Below are positions 18,137-28,591 of a stretch of 64,000 nt of DNA, piece by piece. The notes beneath the pieces are model-generated. The model was not told the DNA's origin and did no database searches. It was given only the letters and a program-made list of their open reading frames with translations. The position numbers and the translations under genes were made by a program. The DNA lies in contig JAWXAQ010000007.1 of NCBI GenBank assembly GCA_034439575.1, positions 96,001-160,000 of the forward strand, in the 5' to 3' direction. Source of the stretch: Leptospira sp. Lineage in GTDB: Bacteria > Spirochaetota > Leptospiria > Leptospirales > Leptospiraceae. The first letter of the stretch is position 1; every line of letters begins with the position of its first letter.

Positions 18137-18814
18137 ATGGCTATCGTAACTTTTGAGTCTTTCCAAAAATCATTGCGAGATGTTTATATTGATGTTATAC
18201 GACAATGCATCAAGGATTCGCTAAAATCAGAACTTTGGAAATCAGAAGATCTCTATTGGCTAGGATTCATACACGAACAAGATAAATTCTATGTCTCTGA
18301 TTCATTAGGTCGCCTGAAAAAGTCCAAAGGAAATTCATCACAACTTTTTGATTATTTAGAATCCTACAAAATTAACGACGAACATTTTCCAAAGCAAAAG
18401 GTGAGCAGGTTAAATGATGCATTCGATGATCTGCTAAATCCAGGATTGGAAGTTGATTTCGACGAAGATGAAATTGATCAAGAGGAATTAGAAGAAGCAA
18501 AAAGTGAATTGCGGACCCTAGCAGGTCTTGTTGCACTTTCAATTTTTGCCATAGAAATCCAGAATGATCCAAAGAAATTGAAAGTCTCTTGTCATCCTTC
18601 ATTCCATATTAACGTGTCTCATGATATTGAAGCTCCGCTTTTTTCAGCTAAACCACCTTCTATATTATATGATGATGAAGTGATTGACCTAGCACTTTGT
18701 TCACTGACAAAACAGGAATCAACAAAGGCCTTATTTCGAAAAATAATTGGGGCAGCGGGAAAGAAAAAGTCACCTAGTATTCAGGAGATACTCGCATTAA
18801 AGAATGATAAATAG
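18137..18814 (+). CDS. Hypothetical acidic protein
   Basis: 225-aa ORF with RBS AGGAG; no confident family. Confidence 0.6.
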   Translation: MAIVTFESFQKSLRDVYIDVIRQCIKDSLKSELWKSEDLYWLGFIHEQDKFYVSDSLGRLKKSKGNSSQLFDYLESYKINDEHFPKQKVSRLNDAFDDLLNPGLEVDFDEDEIDQEELEEAKSELRTLAGLVALSIFAIEIQNDPKKLKVSCHPSFHINVSHDIEAPLFSAKPPSILYDDEVIDLALCSLTKQESTKALFRKIIGAAGKKKSPSIQEILALKNDK

Positions 18815-18831
18815 GTGTGCGATAATGGATT

Positions 18832-19146
18832 ATGAAACAGACACTTGCTGAATTTGATTCATTACCTGATTTGTTGAGTCTCGCTCGAGACCAAGTTACG
18901 AGTAACAATGATGTTTACCAATTGCAAGAAGAATTACTAAGCAAAATGCGCTTAGAGCGCGTTAGTTGCCGAACTTCGATGCCCCATAGACATATTTTCA
19001 GCTGTCAGTTATGTGGAATCAAATCGCCAGAAGTAATTTATACACTCTACATATATTCATTAGACGGAAAGGAACAAATTATTGAGGTATGGGAAAGTCG
19101 CATTCATCAGATTCGTTTCCATGATTCCGCCTACTCGATTCAATAA
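18832..19146 (+). CDS. Hypothetical protein with CxxC and His residues
   Basis: 104 aa, 'HRHIFSCQLCG', 'HQIRFH'; 17 nt after the previous gene. Confidence 0.5.
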   Translation: MKQTLAEFDSLPDLLSLARDQVTSNNDVYQLQEELLSKMRLERVSCRTSMPHRHIFSCQLCGIKSPEVIYTLYIYSLDGKEQIIEVWESRIHQIRFHDSAYSIQ

Positions 19147-19184
19147 TCGGCTTTTATGTCAGGGCAAAAATTTTCCATGTCTAT

Positions 19185-19670
19185 CTAACCTAACATATCT
19201 GGCGAAATCGCCCAAATGATTTGACCATGCGCAAATTTTTCCCGCGCCACATTGATCGCAATGCTTGAGCCAGGAAGGAATATTAAATTTTCGGCAGTTT
19301 GCGAATTTCCGAGTAATTCAGCGGCAAAATATGTAATATCAGGGTTATGTGCAACTAACAGAACTGTATCGGAATTAGTAAGAGACAATAAGCAGGATAA
19401 AAAATCAGAACACTTAGCTCCGGAGGCAATCGGGTCATACGAAATGGGTTCCCCATTAAAGGAAATTTCCTCTGAAAGTATTTCGGCCGTTAGACGTGTT
19501 CTCGCATAAGGGCTATAGAAAACTTTACTCACCTTAAGTGGCGAATTTCGCAAAAATTTCCCGATTTTGTGAATGTCACTTTTACCTTTTTCGGTAAGAG
19601 TGCGCAACTGATCCGATTTCGCCGAGGCGGGATCCTCCGCTTCGCCATGCCGAACCAAAATGACCTTCAT
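19185..19670 (-). CDS. sixA: Phosphohistidine phosphatase SixA
   Basis: 'LVRHGEAE', 'D..RTLTEKG', 'SPYARTRLTA', 'LVAHNP'. Confidence 0.88.
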   Translation of the reverse strand: MKVILVRHGEAEDPASAKSDQLRTLTEKGKSDIHKIGKFLRNSPLKVSKVFYSPYARTRLTAEILSEEISFNGEPISYDPIASGAKCSDFLSCLLSLTNSDTVLLVAHNPDITYFAAELLGNSQTAENLIFLPGSSIAINVAREKFAHGQIIWAISPDMLG

Positions 19671-19770
19671 GATAAGATCTCCTAATCCAAGTCTAAAATA
19701 TAAATCTTAGACTGAAAGAAAAATTCGGTTAATTCTTGCGATTTTCCAATGTAGGAGAAATGATTCTTTT

Positions 19771-20256
19771 ATGACCGATAAACCCTATCGCAAGAATGTT
19801 GGCATGGTTGTATTCAACGCAAAGGGTCAAGTGATCGTTGGAGAACGGGTAAACTTTCCTGGATCTTGGCAATTTCCTCAAGGTGGCATAGACGAAAATG
19901 AAGATTATATTGATGCCGCCAAACGCGAACTATACGAAGAATTAGGAATTAAAAATGCTGAGTATGTCGGCGAATATCCTGAATGGATTCCTTACGACTT
20001 TCCGAATAATTTGCACTTACACAAAAGTTTACAAAAATACCGTGGCCAATTACAAAGATGGATATTATATTTTTGGAATGGCACGCTTTCTGACTGCGAT
20101 TTAAATCACCATGAAATTGAATTTATTTCTATCAAACATCTAAATCTTTCTGAAACGATTGTTGCTGTGGTTGATTTTAAAAAACCAGTTTATGAAAAGT
20201 TCGTACCATTTTTCAATAATCTCATTCAAATTTACATTGCAGAGAATGTAAAATAA
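19771..20256 (+). CDS. rppH: RNA pyrophosphohydrolase (Nudix)
   Basis: 'YRKNVG', 'WQFPQGGID..E...AAKRELYEELG', 'YRGQ.QRW'. Confidence 0.9.
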   Translation: MTDKPYRKNVGMVVFNAKGQVIVGERVNFPGSWQFPQGGIDENEDYIDAAKRELYEELGIKNAEYVGEYPEWIPYDFPNNLHLHKSLQKYRGQLQRWILYFWNGTLSDCDLNHHEIEFISIKHLNLSETIVAVVDFKKPVYEKFVPFFNNLIQIYIAENVK

Positions 20257-20289
20257 ACAGATATTTTTTTTAATTAGGAGCACTTTCAC

Positions 20290-20577
20290 TTGGGAAAATC
20301 AGTAGAAAAAAAAGCTAGAATCGTTGTTAGGGGATCGGTTCAAGGTGTTGGATTCCGTTATTATATTATGCAAAGAGCCCAAGAAATGAGACTGAAAGGT
20401 TACACACAAAATTTACCTTCCGGTGAAGTAGAAGCAGTTGTAGAAGGAGATGTACTCTTCATTGAAGATCTCTATCGTGCCATGCAAAGAGGACCGACAA
20501 AGGCAAAAGTGACTGATCACGCGATTGAATGGGGTGATCCCAAAAACCAATTCCGCACATTTTCAATTAAGCGATAA
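20290..20577 (+). CDS. acyP: Acylphosphatase
   Basis: 'GSVQGVGFR', 'GYTQNL..GEVE', 'GP..AKV'; TTG start with AGGAG. Confidence 0.92.
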   Translation: MGKSVEKKARIVVRGSVQGVGFRYYIMQRAQEMRLKGYTQNLPSGEVEAVVEGDVLFIEDLYRAMQRGPTKAKVTDHAIEWGDPKNQFRTFSIKR

Positions 20578-20580
20578 ATT

Positions 20581-21597
20581 ATGAAAAAACGAAGACTCGG
20601 CAAAACTGGAATGGTAGTTTCTGAAATTTGTATGGGGACTATGACCTTTGGTTCGTCATGTGATGAATCGGAAGCCTTTAAGATTTTAGATCGTGCTTAT
20701 GATGCTGGCATAGATTTTTATGATACAGCAGAAATTTACCCAGTCCCACCTCAGAAATCATGGGTACATAGAACTGAAGAAATTTTTGGCAAATGGTTGA
20801 AAACAAAACCGAGAGATGGTATTCTTATTGCGACCAAAGTTGCAGGCCCGGGTCATGGTTGGTTTAGTCCACCACTTCGCGAAGGAAAAACTTCATTAGA
20901 TAGATATCACGTGCGTAAGGCGATCGAAGGATCTCTAACAAGGTTAGGTGTAGAGACGATAGATCTGTATCAAACGCATTGGCCAGATCATGATTTTGCT
21001 TATGATGAAACTATGGAAGTTCTCACAGAACTTAAAGAAGAAGGTAAAATTCGTTATGCGGGATGTTCGAATGAAACATCATTTGGATTGATGAAAAGTC
21101 TTTGGATATCTGATAAATACAATTTAGTCAGATACGATTCGATTCAAAATAATTTCAGTATATTGAATCGAAGATTTGAAGATGAATTAGCACAAGTCTG
21201 TAGGAAAGAAGGAGTTTCTCTTCTCCCATATTCTCCGTTAGCTGGTGGAGTTTTGACAGGAAAATACAATAACTCGACTCCTCCTGAAGGAGCACGGTTT
21301 GTAAAATATATGAAGGAAGGCGAAAGACAAAAACGTATGTCAAATCGTTTCCTTAATGAAGAAACAATCGCATCCACTTCTGAAATTATGAAAATAGCCG
21401 CAGAAGCTGGAATGAGTGCGACTGTTCTTTCTGTTGCTTGGAGCAAACAGCATGACTTTGTTGCTTCTACAATTATAGGTGCCAATACAGTAGCACAATT
21501 AGAAGAATCATTGAAAGCTACAGATGTGATTTTAAGTGAAGATACACTTTCGAAAATCAATCAACTTTCAAAGAAAATTCAATACCCGATGGGATGA
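20581..21597 (+). CDS. Aldo/keto reductase (Tas-like)
   Basis: '[17 protein letters not shown]', 'DTAEIY', 'IATKV', 'DLYQTHWP', 'YSPLAGG'. Confidence 0.92.
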   Translation: MKKRRLGKTGMVVSEICMGTMTFGSSCDESEAFKILDRAYDAGIDFYDTAEIYPVPPQKSWVHRTEEIFGKWLKTKPRDGILIATKVAGPGHGWFSPPLREGKTSLDRYHVRKAIEGSLTRLGVETIDLYQTHWPDHDFAYDETMEVLTELKEEGKIRYAGCSNETSFGLMKSLWISDKYNLVRYDSIQNNFSILNRRFEDELAQVCRKEGVSLLPYSPLAGGVLTGKYNNSTPPEGARFVKYMKEGERQKRMSNRFLNEETIASTSEIMKIAAEAGMSATVLSVAWSKQHDFVASTIIGANTVAQLEESLKATDVILSEDTLSKINQLSKKIQYPMG

Positions 21598-21598
21598 T

Positions 21599-22234
21599 AT
21601 GAAACTTAGAATTACAACAGAGGACTTAAAAAACTTTATCAATTCGATAGGAAGAAAATCATTAATTCTTTTTTTCGCAATGCTTTTGTTACCTGAATGT
21701 TCTACTTTCGGTCCCAAAAATGCCCAGAGCTCATTAATCATTGTTCAGATGACACTTCAAAAAGATGAACTATTGTTAGATGAATTTTTAGATCCTCGAT
21801 TTCAAAAGGTAACTCTCAGAAAGGGTGATTCTACTTACGAGTATTCTGAAAATTCAGAACACTATTATTATTTTCAAAATTTGAAAGAAGGTCAGTATGA
21901 AATTTATGATGCCGTACACTTGTTAAATCGTGGTGCCTCAGATTTTTCTTATGGTTCAACAAAACAAGCATCCAAAGTTGATATAGACTTTGATAAAAAG
22001 GATATTGAATCTTCTAGGCTAAATCTTGAACCAGGGACTGTCGTTTTTATGGGAACAATTCATGTCCGAGTTAATTTTAAATTTCAGGGAGAACCTGAAA
22101 TTAAAATCAAATTTTCTAAAACGATAGAAGAAGAATCTGCCGCTTTTGATTATCTTTATAAAAATTATCCACGAAATGGTTGGGGCCAAAAAGCGAAAGC
22201 GCGAGCAAAATTCATACAATCCATTGGACAATAG
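21599..22234 (+). CDS. Hypothetical lipoprotein
   Basis: Hydrophobic stretch then 'LPEC'; start moved to ATG 21599, just after the AKR stop. Confidence 0.6.
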   Translation: MKLRITTEDLKNFINSIGRKSLILFFAMLLLPECSTFGPKNAQSSLIIVQMTLQKDELLLDEFLDPRFQKVTLRKGDSTYEYSENSEHYYYFQNLKEGQYEIYDAVHLLNRGASDFSYGSTKQASKVDIDFDKKDIESSRLNLEPGTVVFMGTIHVRVNFKFQGEPEIKIKFSKTIEEESAAFDYLYKNYPRNGWGQKAKARAKFIQSIGQ

Positions 22235-22255
22235 AAATTTAAAACCCAAATAACA

Positions 22256-22969
22256 TTAAACTATTGTTTTGTGGTCTGGGTTTAGTAAATGAGGGGTGCT
22301 ATTAAAAGATACTGGCTCCCAAAATCCTGCTTCTTTCTTAAATACGCTTAAAGAAGAATTCAAAATGTACTTCATAAAAGTAGGAAATTGTTTAGGATTT
22401 AAATTACAAGACAATCCCATAACAATAGCTACTGGTGTGCTAGAAGAAACAACTAATGTACTTTGGACATTCTCAGGAATAGCACCTAATGCCGATTTTA
22501 TGCGATTTACATATTCGGAAAAAGTATAAGGTTCTATCGGATCCCAAACGCCTTCCACCCAATCAGCCAATACTTTTTGAATGAGAATCTGAAAATAATC
22601 ACGAGTTTTTGGATCACCTTTTTCCCATGCTTCTTTGTATGTTTGGTATGTATTTGCAAAGGAATCATCTACATTTCGAATTTTGGCAGCAATAGATAGC
22701 CACATACGAGGATCAAATTCGTTCCAGTTTTCATTAGTTTCTGGATCGGGAATACAAAATTTATTTGAAATCATTGGTTCCATGATTCCTTTCGCAGTTT
22801 GGATCTGACGATTTAAACTGCCAGTAAAAACAGAATCAAATTCAATTCTCTGGTTAATAAAATAATCTCCAAGGGCATGGGCTTGTGTCCATCCAAGTTC
22901 CGTTAGTTGGTCATAATCTTTTCCTAAACGGTCTGCTTGGCCATGACGAACAAGATAAAGATAAGACAT
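22256..22969 (-). CDS. Histidine phosphatase (phosphoglycerate-mutase superfamily)
   Basis: 'LVRHGQA', 'LTELG..QA', 'GSLNRQIQTA', 'SFNSTPHL'. Confidence 0.88.
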   Translation of the reverse strand: MSYLYLVRHGQADRLGKDYDQLTELGWTQAHALGDYFINQRIEFDSVFTGSLNRQIQTAKGIMEPMISNKFCIPDPETNENWNEFDPRMWLSIAAKIRNVDDSFANTYQTYKEAWEKGDPKTRDYFQILIQKVLADWVEGVWDPIEPYTFSEYVNRIKSALGAIPENVQSTLVVSSSTPVAIVMGLSCNLNPKQFPTFMKYILNSSLSVFKKEAGFWEPVSFNSTPHLLNPDHKTIV

Positions 22970-22970
22970 T

Positions 22971-23384
22971 TCAGGTCTGAAACCTAGGACTTGCTATATT
23001 TAAATTGTTTTTTAAATGCAATTTGATATGTGACCAAGTTTCGGATTTTGTATCAGACTCTTTTGTTTCACGTAGGCACCGAGAGAATGTTTTATTCCAT
23101 AATAAAAACATAGAAGTTTTTTCTCTTCTGGTCAATGCTTTGAATTCCAGCTCGCTTAATTTGATAGTATCATTTATCAGTTTTACTTTAGTGAGTGATT
23201 TAAATTCTTCGTTAAGAAATTCATCTTCTTTATCAATTTCGCGAGCGATGACTCCTAACATATTCCAACTAACTAATGTTTTATATGACAATAGTTCCTC
23301 GTCTTCCAATTTTGGCAAAACTTCTTTCATCAAAAAATCTTGGACTGCGAGAAGTAAATCTTTTGCATCAGGTCTATACTGCAT
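22971..23384 (-). CDS. DUF6285 / LvaB-like small helical protein
   Basis: 'MQYRPDAKDLLLAVQDFL..EVLPKL', 'V..NMLGVIARE', C-terminal 'IASPRF'; overlaps the kinase gene. Confidence 0.7.
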   Translation of the reverse strand: MQYRPDAKDLLLAVQDFLMKEVLPKLEDEELLSYKTLVSWNMLGVIAREIDKEDEFLNEEFKSLTKVKLINDTIKLSELEFKALTRREKTSMFLLWNKTFSRCLRETKESDTKSETWSHIKLHLKNNLNIASPRFQT

Positions 23385-24417
23385 TTTCCAATTCCTCAAT
23401 CAATCTCATAGCTTCCCATTCCATCTCCGCAGTTCTTCGTCCGATCGCGGCAAGTTCGATCCCTTTATCTTTTCCTGACAAATGTCTTTCCGCTTGTTGC
23501 GCAGAACCGATCGCCCAACGGATGTTACCCATGATTTCCCAAAAGGTGACTTTTTTGGGATCAACATTGACTCCAGAAGTTTCAGAGTAATGTTTATAAA
23601 ATTCAGGTCGATCCCCAAATCCACCTACTTCTTTGTTTAATTTTCCAAATCGCCAATCACGCATACACAACCAGGCAATATCTTCATGACGATCGCCCCA
23701 ATGTGCGAATTCGTAATCGAGAATTCCTTGTAAGCCTTCTTTTGTGATCATAAAATTTCCAGTGCGAAAATCTCCATGCACAAGGACAATCGCATCGACC
23801 GACGGCTGATTTTTTTCTAACCAATTCAATACTATTTCTATGGCAGGATGTGCTTCAGGCAATTCATCCAATGATATGCGCAATTCGTTTACAGAATCTT
23901 GCACATAACGATTAACATCCGTTAACTTAAGTTTTGATTTTAAATTTTCATCTGCTACTTTTTCTGGAATCACAGTATGGAGTTTTGCTAAATTGCCCGC
24001 AAGATCTGAAACCATTCTGGTTTTTCGATATTCACTTAGTTCGGCATCCTTTATCACATAACGTCCGGTAGCCTTGCCTGAGATTTTTTCCATCAAATAA
24101 AATGGAGTCCCTATTATATCTGTGTTTTCCTCGAGTACAATAGGCTCAGGAGTTTTCACACCAGCCTTATAAACCAATTCGGCAACACGGAACTCATCTC
24201 TTTTAGACAATGAAGAAAGTAAAGAACCGCCTTTATCTGTCCTAAGTACAATGTTTTTTTCCTTTTTAGTAAGGCCATCACCTAATGTAAGATTAATGGA
24301 ATAATTATCCTGACAAGCTCCACCACTTAAATGAAACATTTCTGAAATTTTAACATTCTCTTTCCAAATCGTTTGGAAATGTTTTTCTAAAACAGGAGTT
24401 ATAGTTTCGATTTCCAT
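23374..24417 (-). CDS. Aminoglycoside-phosphotransferase-family kinase (ACAD10/11 kinase domain, LvaA-like)
   Basis: 'LSGGA', 'VLR', 'PFYLME', 'HGDFRTGN', 'ILDYEFAHWGD'. Confidence 0.88.
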   Translation of the reverse strand: MEIETITPVLEKHFQTIWKENVKISEMFHLSGGACQDNYSINLTLGDGLTKKEKNIVLRTDKGGSLLSSLSKRDEFRVAELVYKAGVKTPEPIVLEENTDIIGTPFYLMEKISGKATGRYVIKDAELSEYRKTRMVSDLAGNLAKLHTVIPEKVADENLKSKLKLTDVNRYVQDSVNELRISLDELPEAHPAIEIVLNWLEKNQPSVDAIVLVHGDFRTGNFMITKEGLQGILDYEFAHWGDRHEDIAWLCMRDWRFGKLNKEVGGFGDRPEFYKHYSETSGVNVDPKKVTFWEIMGNIRWAIGSAQQAERHLSGKDKGIELAAIGRRTAEMEWEAMRLIEELENAV

Positions 24418-25593
24418 TTAAAAATCCCATTTGCCTGATACATAATTTCTACCAATTACCATTTTATGAACTTCCGATGGCCCATCAGCAATCCGAGCCG
24501 CTCTTGCGTCTCTGTAAAAAAGTTCCAAAGGTAAATCTCTCGAATATCCTTTACCACCACAAATTTGAATTGCCGTATCTATCGTGTTACATAGTGCTTC
24601 GCTGACTTTCCATTTTGCCATCGAAGTTTCTTGCCTCGCATCTTTTCCATTCTGCAATAACCATGCAGCCTTTAATGTTAGCAAAAATCCCATTTCAATG
24701 GATGTTGCACATTCTGCAAACATCCATTGGATTCCTTGGTGGTCCGCAATTTTTGCAGAAAATACTTCTCTTTCTTTAGCATATTCTCTTGCGATACTGA
24801 GAGCTCTTCGGGCTAATCCCGTCCATCGCATACAATGCGTTAACCTGGCAGGTCCTAGCCTTTCTTGCGACAATCTAAATCCTTCTGCCACTCGACCGAG
24901 CACCATATTTTCTGGTACTTCCACATTTTCAAAATTTAATTCACAATGACCGCCAGGTCCGTGGGACCCCATAAGTTCGATTTCACGAACCATTGTGTAT
25001 CCTTTCGCATCAGTCGGAACAAGAAACATTGTAGTTTTGCGAAAACTACCGTTTACTTTCGCCATTACGATTAAATATTTTGCTCCATTCGCACCAGTGC
25101 AGTACCACTTCCGACCATTTAATATATATTTGTCGCCCACCTTTTCCGCATTAGTTTGCAAACTTGTAGGGTCAGACCCCGCGCCAGGTGAAGGTTCAGT
25201 CATAGCAAATCCAGTTCTTAACTCACCTCGTATCAGTGGATGTAGTATGAGTTCTTTTTGTTTTTCTGTGGCCGCAAGTGACAGAAGATGCATATTCCCT
25301 TCATCAGGAGCATCACAATTAAAAATATAAGGAGCAATTGGGGAACGACCAATTTCAGAGAAAATAATACATGTTCCTATTTGGTCTAATCCTAGTCCGC
25401 CTTCCGACTTTGGTAAATGTGGAGTCCAAAAACCAGCGGTTTTTACTTTAGCGCGTGCTTGTTGGTTTACTGCTTCGGGCATCCTTCCTTTTTCATAATC
25501 ATAAAATTTTTCAAGAGGTATAATCTCATTTTTTATTAATTCACGAATCTTAAGGCGGATAGTTTCGACTGCTTCGGGTATTTCAAAGTCCAT
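24418..25593 (-). CDS. Acyl-CoA dehydrogenase (ACAD10/11, LvaC-like)
   Basis: '[11 protein letters not shown]', 'FAMTEP', '[14 protein letters not shown]', '[11 protein letters not shown]' ACAD10/11-type signatures. Confidence 0.9.
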   Translation of the reverse strand: MDFEIPEAVETIRLKIRELIKNEIIPLEKFYDYEKGRMPEAVNQQARAKVKTAGFWTPHLPKSEGGLGLDQIGTCIIFSEIGRSPIAPYIFNCDAPDEGNMHLLSLAATEKQKELILHPLIRGELRTGFAMTEPSPGAGSDPTSLQTNAEKVGDKYILNGRKWYCTGANGAKYLIVMAKVNGSFRKTTMFLVPTDAKGYTMVREIELMGSHGPGGHCELNFENVEVPENMVLGRVAEGFRLSQERLGPARLTHCMRWTGLARRALSIAREYAKEREVFSAKIADHQGIQWMFAECATSIEMGFLLTLKAAWLLQNGKDARQETSMAKWKVSEALCNTIDTAIQICGGKGYSRDLPLELFYRDARAARIADGPSEVHKMVIGRNYVSGKWDF

Positions 25594-25636
25594 TGAAACA
25601 AGAATGCATATTTTGATTTAGATTGGGAAAACTTTT

Positions 25637-26536
25637 TTAAAGATGGCTTTGAAAAATTGGTCGTTGTCTTTTTGAGTTTCTTCTTACTTCGAAGTGCAAA
25701 TGTGGACCGGTCGTTCTACCCGTCATTCCCACTTTCGCGATCTTCTGACCTTTTTTAACTTTGTCTCCGACTTTTACAAGAAAAGTTGCCAAATGTCCGT
25801 ACCTAGTTTCATAACCCATTGCATGATTTAGAACTATTAATTTTCCATAACCACCATTTGCCCCGGCAAAATTTACCAAACCATCTTGTGAAGCATATAC
25901 GTCTGTTCCTTGTTCGGCGGCAAGATCTATGCCACCATGAAAGGTAGTTTTTTTTGTAAATGGATCAATCCTTTTTCCAAATCCAGAACTCATTAAAATA
26001 CTCTTAATCGGAGTCAAAAAACCAGAACCATCAAAAAATGATTTTTCTATTTTGCCCATAACGATTCCTGGAACGAACCATTTTTCCCTAGTTTGGTCAT
26101 ATTGAAGTTTTTCAGACGGAATATGATATTTATCGGCTAATTTCTGTTTAATTTTTTCAGTGTCGTCAGTTGATTCTGGATGAAAAACCCCACGCATATT
26201 TGGAATTTCCAATATCATCCCTTCCACTAAATCATGAGGAGAGCTCAGTTCATTCACCGAGGAAAGAGTCTCTAAATCCATACCAGTTCTTGCCATGATT
26301 TTAAAAAAATTGTCATCTTGTTTGACTTTGTAATGAAAATACTTTAACGGAATGAGTTTATCATTTGTTCGTTGTGATTTGGATATTCTCAGATTCTCTT
26401 TCACATCGGATCGTAAGCTTTTGAGTATCGGATTGGAATAATCTAAATTGGCAAGTGTCGTAGGCTGGGATGTAAGTTCCCAAGAAAGGAGGAGTGTGGT
26501 GAAAAAAATAAACTGATACAAGCCGTCTCGTTTCAT
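25637..26536 (-). CDS. LysM / M23 family peptidase
   Basis: 'YKVKQDDNF...VNEL' LysM; 'HGGIDLA', 'YGHL', 'TGPHLHFEV'. Confidence 0.9.
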   Translation of the reverse strand: MKRDGLYQFIFFTTLLLSWELTSQPTTLANLDYSNPILKSLRSDVKENLRISKSQRTNDKLIPLKYFHYKVKQDDNFFKIMARTGMDLETLSSVNELSSPHDLVEGMILEIPNMRGVFHPESTDDTEKIKQKLADKYHIPSEKLQYDQTREKWFVPGIVMGKIEKSFFDGSGFLTPIKSILMSSGFGKRIDPFTKKTTFHGGIDLAAEQGTDVYASQDGLVNFAGANGGYGKLIVLNHAMGYETRYGHLATFLVKVGDKVKKGQKIAKVGMTGRTTGPHLHFEVRRNSKRQRPIFQSHL

Positions 26537-26615
26537 CTTGAACCTATACTTTCATTATCGGTAAGGCTTAAAAAAACGATGACGATATTCCCTTTGAACA
26601 GAGCATGGGAAGGAC

Positions 26616-27509
26616 ATGACATCTCGTTTTTTTGAGATTTTTAAACTAACGACCTATTCCCTTGGGACGATTCTGATCGCCTATCTGGCATTTTCAGTGA
26701 TATACCATCAGTTTGTGTATACTGTCGTTTTGAATGAAAGACTCCCTCCAGAACTCACAGAAAAACTTAACGAAGATGCTACAAATCCAAATGTTACTTT
26801 TAGTGAATCCTATCAAAAAGTAAGAACTGCTATCGAAGGTCTAGAAAAAGACCTCCAACAAGAATTCATAGAAAATCCTGAAAAAAGCTTTGAAGTGTTC
26901 TATGATATCATGCTGAAGGACAAGCCATATCTATTATTCTTTCAATCATTATTGTGGTTTTTCGCATATATTGGAAGTGGCTATTTGATCTTAAAGAAAA
27001 TATTAAAATTGAATCTCACTGATTTGAGCGAAGAATTATCTATCCCTATTTTACTTAACGGGATGATGAATGGATTTATTATTTTTTTGGCAGTACTTTT
27101 ATTTGGAGCCTTACTTAAGTTACTTGGTATTGAAGCAAATTCGGGATTATTCCCGAGCAAACTTTTTCATACACTTCCTGGAAATGGAATATTACTAGCT
27201 TGGTCAATTTATAGCGTAGGGCTTATAACAGGCATTATAGAAGAACTATTTTTTAGAGGTTTTTTGTTAAAATTATTTATAGACAAAGACCTTGGCCAAG
27301 AAGGGCTATTGATCATATCTATTATTTTTGGATTTATGCATTTCGGTTACGGTGTTACGCTTGCTGTTCCATTTATAATTACCATAGTAGGTATGTTTTT
27401 TGGTTATTTGTATTTAAAAAATAAGAATATATGGATTTCTATCGCCTGTCATGCGACGTACAATTCATTAGGTTTGCTTGTTGCTTTTGCTGGTGGAGAA
27501 AGTTTATGA
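26616..27509 (+). CDS. CPBP (CAAX/Abi) intramembrane metalloprotease
   Basis: 'EELFFRG', 'FGFMH', 'HATYN' with multiple TMs. Confidence 0.9.
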   Translation: MTSRFFEIFKLTTYSLGTILIAYLAFSVIYHQFVYTVVLNERLPPELTEKLNEDATNPNVTFSESYQKVRTAIEGLEKDLQQEFIENPEKSFEVFYDIMLKDKPYLLFFQSLLWFFAYIGSGYLILKKILKLNLTDLSEELSIPILLNGMMNGFIIFLAVLLFGALLKLLGIEANSGLFPSKLFHTLPGNGILLAWSIYSVGLITGIIEELFFRGFLLKLFIDKDLGQEGLLIISIIFGFMHFGYGVTLAVPFIITIVGMFFGYLYLKNKNIWISIACHATYNSLGLLVAFAGGESL

Positions 27510-28246
27510 TTTCAAAAATTAAAATTTTTATTTTCATTATATTTATCAATTCACTATTCACATTTGAATTATTAGCGGGTGAAACTTTAGAAATTCTTGG
27601 TTCTCCCGATGATTTGAATGTTCGTCTAACAGCGATCTTGACAAAACTAGATCCTGACTTTTATAGTGAAGATAAGACCAGTGGCTTTATTTACCGTTAC
27701 CGCCATAGATGGAAAAATCCTTATGATTTTAATATCTACATCGGAAAAGTCAGTAAAACTTCACCTGATTCTATTTTAAGGATTGAATCCCCGAGATCCG
27801 GACAAGAGAGGATGTGGAAGCAAATCTTTGAACAAGAACTATTACAAAAGGCACCTGCAATTACAGCTGTCCAACTAACACCAAAATACCATATTATATC
27901 GCAAGGATTAAGTTTAATCACCCCTATTGCTTCAGTCGGATACAATTCCTGGAATTCTCCACTCTATACTGGACGTGATACTTTTGTTAGTATGGCAATT
28001 TATTTTTTAACTGATCTGATACTCGTTGGTGGAACTTATCTTTATGCAGAACAAAATCTTCCAAAAAAGAATATTTGGGGGGCCTTGTTAAATGAAAAAG
28101 GACCGGGGAATGTTTGGGAAAGTCCAAATGCGGTCGGAATCTTTGCGGCTCTCGCCGTTTCGAGAACCATACGTGCGTTTGATGCTTGGGAAGATACTAG
28201 TGCACATAACAAAACGGCTCAGTTTTCATGGTCGTTTAAGTTTTAA
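27506..28246 (+). CDS. Hypothetical exported/membrane protein
   Basis: Signal-like N-terminus from ATG 27506 (ATGA overlap with the CPBP stop); C-terminal Phe. Confidence 0.6.
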   Translation: MISKIKIFIFIIFINSLFTFELLAGETLEILGSPDDLNVRLTAILTKLDPDFYSEDKTSGFIYRYRHRWKNPYDFNIYIGKVSKTSPDSILRIESPRSGQERMWKQIFEQELLQKAPAITAVQLTPKYHIISQGLSLITPIASVGYNSWNSPLYTGRDTFVSMAIYFLTDLILVGGTYLYAEQNLPKKNIWGALLNEKGPGNVWESPNAVGIFAALAVSRTIRAFDAWEDTSAHNKTAQFSWSFKF

Positions 28247-28571
28247 ATAAATCTCTTACTGCATCGCGAGCATTTGATTTTTCAAAATCTTCACGTTCAA
28301 TTAATGTTAAGTCCAAATTTTCTTTTTGAATTCTTGCCAGTATTTTACCAACCTCTCCAGGATTTGTAATCTTTGTAGCTAAGTATTTAAAAATAGTTCC
28401 GCACTCTGGACATTTTTTATCTTTTAGATAATTTAACCCCAGTTTTTTGCAATTTCCACAAGTGCCATACAAATCATCTATATAGAGAAGTTGTTTTTTA
28501 ATCGCCTCTCCATCCATTTGTTTCCAAACACGAATAAATTTTGAATTGTTTCCGCCAGCTTCTTGTGTCAT
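28236..28571 (-). CDS. Zinc-ribbon-containing hypothetical protein
   Basis: CGNC...CPEC pair. Confidence 0.65.
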   Translation of the reverse strand: MTQEAGGNNSKFIRVWKQMDGEAIKKQLLYIDDLYGTCGNCKKLGLNYLKDKKCPECGTIFKYLATKITNPGEVGKILARIQKENLDLTLIEREDFEKSNARDAVRDLFKT

Positions 28572-28591
28572 AATTGAAAGAAAGGTCGTTA

